NCBI GenBank assembly: GCA_964187785.1
Contig: OZ076417.1
Location: 46,934,001-46,998,000 of the forward strand
DNA: 64,000 nt
Reading direction: 5' to 3'
DNA from: Amphiscolops sp. MND2022
Lineage: Eukaryota
The notes beneath the pieces were generated by a model. It had not been told where the DNA came from. It ran no database searches and saw only the letters and a list, made by a program, of their open reading frames with translations. Positions 59,325 to 64,000 of this stretch are shown one piece after another. Every line of letters starts with the position of its first letter. Within the stretch, counting starts at the first letter, position 1. The translations under genes were made by a program, and so were the position numbers.

Positions 59325-61204
59325 TTTTTAATGTTAGAAAAAACGTTTCTTCGGCAATATGTGAATTCTTCGAAGACGATTTTGTTCAACGTTGAAACAA
59401 CGAAACAGTTTAAGTTTATTACAACTTGCAAACTCAACTAACTAACTTTACATGCCTTGTCTAAGTATATATACCTTCTTGGCGTCATTTGTTCCTCATC
59501 TAAAAATTCCTAGGAATCGCAAAAATCAGGTTTGTTCATCAAAAGACGCTAATGGTTCAGATTATTTCAGCTCGGCGTCATAAATTCAGGTATTGAGATT
59601 CCTAGTTGCGTCACTATTCCGTAAAACCTTGTTGAAATCATTTTTGTTCAGATAACCCATTTCCTGTTTGAACTTCAAAATTGCGGCAAAATAGAAGTCT
59701 AGCTTACATTTTCATCAGCGTAGGCACGCCGGCGTGATCAATTAGTCAGCGTTCAAGTTGGGAAATTGATATTCGAAGCAAAAGAATGACTCGCAAAAAT
59801 TGTAGCGAAATTGAAACGAGGCAAAAGGAACTTTGGACTAAGGATATTTGAATATTATTGAGGAACAAGCAACGCTAAGAAAAACATAATGATGACTAAT
59901 CAATTAATTTTGTAAACTGAACAACTGCACCAACAGTAAACTCAACTTTGACCTATACGTGGCCATAACGTAACAAGTACGAATTGCAAAGTACAAATAG
60001 ATAGGAAAAATACATTTGCAGGCAATAATTATTCTGCACTCGATTGGACTTCGTATATGAATAAATAGAGCAGACATCCCGCAACAATAGCACTTGGTTT
60101 GGGTTTCGACGTTGACCTTACGTTACGTTCTGTGAAACATTTTAATGATAAACAACTAATCACTGAATACATAAAACTCTTAATGTAACGTAAGGTATAC
60201 GTGATTCGAGGAACTATTGTAATAGCATCGTTACTCTTCGATCATTGTTTTAGCCTCTTTTTACAGTACAACCTTTTACATGTGGACTTGATTCCAGAAC
60301 CCTTTAAGTGCGTCGATTCAGAAAAATCCTTATTTGATTTCGGTTTAAACTAATGCTTCATCGCTATTATTTTACGAATTGCTCCGTAAATGCTCCGTAC
60401 GTATTAAGATTGGTTATAGCTGAGCGGCGGAATACAATTTTACAATCCGCTCCGTAAGCGCTCCGTACGTATTAAGATTGGTTATAGCTAAGCAGCAGCA
60501 GCAGGCGGAGCGAAAACGGGAGCGTAGGCGATACTATTCTCTTTTCTTAGCTAGTGAGCGTTGCTAGAGGCAACCAAGTTTAATTCTACTGGTACCGCCG
60601 CGGATAATTCTGCCAACAAACGACGCTATTGGTCCGTAAAAATAGAAACGCCCGTCACCAGCTTAGTTGAGTGACGCTGTCATAACGTTGTAAACATTTA
60701 CTTAAAACCGCTTGGTTGCGGTATTAAGTGGATATTTAACAACTACTTTAATATTGGAATACATTTCCACTATATTTTGTATGTTCTTTCATTTTAGATT
60801 GTATGGACTCCGTTGGGATCTCGGAGTTGAATATTGTTTTGAATGTTTTTATTTCAGTGTGGAGCAGGAAAAATGATCCCATTTGCAAAATTATTTAGTA
60901 TTTAGATTGGAATGGAAAACTCAGAAGATGAAACCGGAAATAAAACGGCGTTGCGTGTGAAAACATTAGACCGGAAGTTTTAGCTAGTTTAAAGTCATTT
61001 CTGAAAATATTCCGTAACGCTTACGTTAGATTCTGTATTCGGAAAATTATCTGCAATCGATTTAGCTGTACTGTAAGTGGAATTTAGATTAGTTTAAGAT
61101 TAGATTAGTTTAATAGAGTTTACCTCGGCCTTGTCCTCGGCCAATTCCGAAACCAGGTATCCCGCTGCAGCAGCTATAATCCCGACCGGGAGCGGGTCGT
61201 GACA
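58946..61204 (-). repeat. 5' LTR of element C (2259 bp): TATA 59466-59473, AATAAA 59415-59420, gag ATG 59324
   Basis: Near-identical to 44747-47006; motif order on the minus strand is TATATATA, AATAAA, ATG, LTR end. Confidence 0.97.
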
Positions 61205-61297
61205 CAAGTGTCTAACAATTTAGAATAGGGGGAACCGATCCCAATTCCCGGAAAACACTAGGAGTAGTAAGCATAATGATCCTCCAAGAAAAAGTTC

Positions 61298-62365
61298 ATG
61301 ATCCATAGTAAGAGCATCTTCAACTGCAGTAGTACAGGCGGTTGATGTCACTTGAGCTCGGCGTTCAATCTGAGTTGAAATCAGTCAATCTCTCAACAAT
61401 GATTTGGAATTGAGAGACATAGAAAACAGTATCTGGTTAATCTGGTTTTAAAAATTTTAGGTCCTGTCAGGATTGCATTTTGAATGTTTATCTCGTTACT
61501 GTCATAATGCCGGTGAAGCTACAATCGATGCAATTTTACCCAATTGCCTCACAATTTTTTTTGACGTTCTGATTGGTCAGGCAGTTTCCCGATATACAGT
61601 CGAGAGCTTGGCAGAAAGTTATTGCTCGGAGGAAAACATTGTGAGCCCTTTTTCTCAGAGAACGCAGGACATTTTGATGAAAACAGTCTATCCTTTGAAC
61701 AATTATATATTTTAACATGTTAATCTTTTCATTTATTTCAAACTCAACGTGTTTTCTAATCCATTTTGCTTACTTTCCGTCGCTATAGAGCGATACATCT
61801 TGGTATGCCATCATTTCCGAGCGAAACAAATTCTGAATAGAAAGTACATATACACAGCTGCAGTCTTTCTGACATTGTTCATCGTCATCTATTCTGTGCA
61901 CAGTTTCGTATTTTATGATTTTTTGCCCCCTTTTTTCAAGGAAGAACTTGGGACTCCTACTACAACCGATTTTGCCGGACATGCCCAGAACGTCATTTTT
62001 TTCGAGATCGTTCCAGTTGTATCCACAACAACTCTCTATTCATTGGTCGGAATCCAGCTTATAAAAAATAAACAAATAAAATGACCGTAGCCTTTCTCAT
62101 ATCATGCGGGTTCTGGATTTTACTCTGGCTTCCAAAAACTCTGGCAGATTTATTTTACTGGTACGACGCTGATATTGTGCGTATCTATATGGGTCCTATG
62201 CAGTTACCATCGGCTGTTATAGAGCAAACGTCACTGGCCTTATTCAATTTATACTCTCTGATCAACCCTCTTTTTCTGATATTCGTCACTAAAAGTTTCC
62301 AAGAACCAATCAAAGGTTTATGGGCAAAGCTTTGTCTCCAGTGTAAAAGATCCACACCCAACTGA
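61298..62365 (+). pseudogene. Rhodopsin-like (class A) GPCR pseudogene
   Basis: TM3 LLSVAIERYILVCH, TM5 FEIVPVVSTTTLY, TM6 WILLWLP, TM7 SLINPLFLIF; TM1/TM2-like segments upstream; in-frame TAA at 61713, frameshifts near 61471, 61555 and 62080. Start position tentative. Confidence 0.75.
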
Positions 62366-62602
62366 TTTCATTTGGAATTAAATGTACGAATTGATCAGAA
62401 TTTTCCCAAAGGATTGAAAAAAGAACCCAAATTCATGAAAATGTTCCAAAATTTTACATAAACTACCCTCCGATAATTTTCCTTTCCAATAATTGAATTG
62501 AAATTTGAAGTGAACTCTTCAGCGTTGACGATGCAAAGCTTTGGCCACCGGTGGAAACAGTGACTGATTATCCAAAATTGCCTCCGCCGGTGGTCACTGG
62601 TG

Positions 62603-62870
62603 CCCGGATCCAAATTCATAAGTCTTCCATGCGATTCCATGCATGGAACCATATGGTTCCAGACAATAATTTCATGCCGTTTCCATGCATGGAATTGCAT
62701 GGAAAAATATGGTTCCATGCACAGATTCGCATGGAACCATATTATTCCATGCGAGTCCATGCATGGAAACGGCATGAAATTATTGTATGGAACCATATGG
62801 TCCCATGCATGGAATCGTATGGAATTATATAATTGTAGGCATGAAATCGGATTGAATCATATGGAAAACG
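62603..62870. repeat. Array of short palindromic CCATGCATGG/TTCCATG repeats, probably the subterminal part of a CCC-ended TIR element
   Basis: Starts CCCGGATCC; many ccatgcatggaa units; no matching right TIR found. Confidence 0.6.
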
Positions 62871-63039
62871 AAGGAAACCACAGTAATGACATCTGAAAAT
62901 ATCGAAAGCGTTAAAATAATATCTAAAACCAGAGCCGCATATGCGGTAAAGGAGTCGGCTTAGGTCTTTTTCCTTCTGACTCGCTCCAATCCCAGTCATA
63001 CCATTTTTTTGGAAATACACACATATGACCATACTATGG

Positions 63040-63870
63040 TGTAGAAAATGACTGTAGAAATTTTCCTTCGAATCGTATGAACAGTTTTAGCAAAAGTCAA
63101 AAAAAAATCGAAAAATGACTGTTTTTGGGCAAATTTTTGGCCATTTTTGGGCCTATTTTGGCTATGTTTATCACATTCCAGTCATACGATTTTGATGCCT
63201 TTGCGCACGTAGGGGCCCCTTTGGGTGTAAAATGACTGTGCAAAATTTCGTGAAAATCGTATGGACAGTTTTTGAGAAATTCGAAATTTTCACGAAAAGG
63301 TTGGGAGAAATAAAACAGCACGATTGCATAAGTAGTCGAATTTTTTTCCGACTCCTAACAACAGGAAGAACCTCTAGAATAGGATGTAAAATTCCTGAAG
63401 AATCCACTGGAACAAGGTCTAAGAAAAAAGGGAAATCACATCCGAAAATGTCGAACATAGTTTGCAGAAGCTGAAAATCGAAGTCCTTATATTGAAATTT
63501 TGGAGGCACTCCGCAAGTGAGACTTGAAAGATCTCACATGACAGGACCCACGACGAGAACGTGGCCTCCGTTGGGCCCCAAAGCTGAGAACAAAACCAAA
63601 ATACATGAACAGAAATTTAGAAGCCACTTCGATAGTGAGACTTGGAAGACCTCACATCACAGGACCCAAGAAGAGAGGGTGACCTCCATTAGGCCTCAAA
63701 GCCGAAGAAAATAACAAAGCTGAAACGAGAAAAACCCAAAAAATGGGAAATCTGACAATGGAAAAGCAGAAATCACTTCTAAAAATGTCGGACACGGTTC
63801 AAACTGCAAAAATAGTTTGCAAAAACTGAAAACCCAAGTCCTTATATCTAACAGTTTGGAAGCACTCCGA
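63040..63870. repeat. AT-rich interspersed repeat with internal duplications
   Basis: AAAATGACTGT...AATCGTATG.ACAGTTTT twice (~63046, ~63230); GAGACTTG.AAGA.CTCACAT.ACAGGACCCA twice (~63520, ~63637). Confidence 0.55.
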
Positions 63871-64000
63871 TTTTCCGGTTTTATTAAATCGTTTTCCGTT
63901 TTCCAGTTCAATTCAAATCAAATCCAGTTGTTTTCCAGTTGTTTCCGGAAAGTGACACGCAAGTCGAACGAAAATTTGAAATTTTGAGAATTTCGAATTT

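Larger units (their letters stand above)
44747..61204 (-). mobile_element. Element C: 16,458-bp Ty3/Gypsy LTR retrotransposon with 2.26-kb LTRs and two extra genes
   Basis: LTRs 44747-47006 and 58946-61204 (TG...CA on the minus strand), TSD CAAGT at 44742-44746 and 61205-61209, PBS, PPT, gag and pol. Confidence 0.97.

Noticed and set aside
25903-61461. Splicing the 25749-25903 exon to the TTTTAG acceptor at ~61460 to complete the GPCR
   Set aside because: The phase is compatible, but the joined TM1 (WSCQDCILN) lacks the usual Gly pattern and an unspliced N-terminus with sequons exists at 61298-61460; no evidence for a 35-kb intron.

Overview
Repeat-rich, AT-rich eukaryotic DNA, probably from an invertebrate animal; the taxon cannot be fixed from sequence alone. 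About two thirds of the window is four Ty3/Gypsy LTR retrotransposons. (A) A decayed Mag-type element, ~4818-9242, cut by a 200-N assembly gap. (D) A very young Mag-type element, 11187-17106, with identical 221-bp LTRs, TSD CAGTC and an RT motif WLDD instead of YxDD. (B) An old + strand element, 28552-43808, TSD TGCAA, with a 3.49-kb internal tandem duplication. (C) A 16.5-kb - strand element, 44747-61204, with 2.26-kb LTRs about 99.3% identical and TSD CAAGT. The main result is a shared, unusual architecture in B and C. Gag starts inside the LTR and reads through the PBS. A -1 frameshift signal A_AAA_AAC sits just before the gag stop. Between pol and the 3' LTR lies an antisense, intron-containing cargo gene: in C, at least 7 phase-compatible exons (~970 aa) with a C2H2 zinc finger and a body resembling a catalytically dead hAT transposase; in B, a pseudogenised homologue with an intron at the same codon position. 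C also has a sense ORF3 (NLS, RVSF, RG motifs) that reads through the PPT into the 3' LTR and is divergent from the cargo gene across a CCAAT/CRE-containing spacer. Also present: two CCC...GGG non-autonomous DNA transposons with 2-bp TSDs, a class A GPCR pseudogene and assorted repeats. No rRNA, tRNA or CRISPR was seen. All alignments and difference counts were done by eye, and family assignments rest on motif recognition, not database searches.
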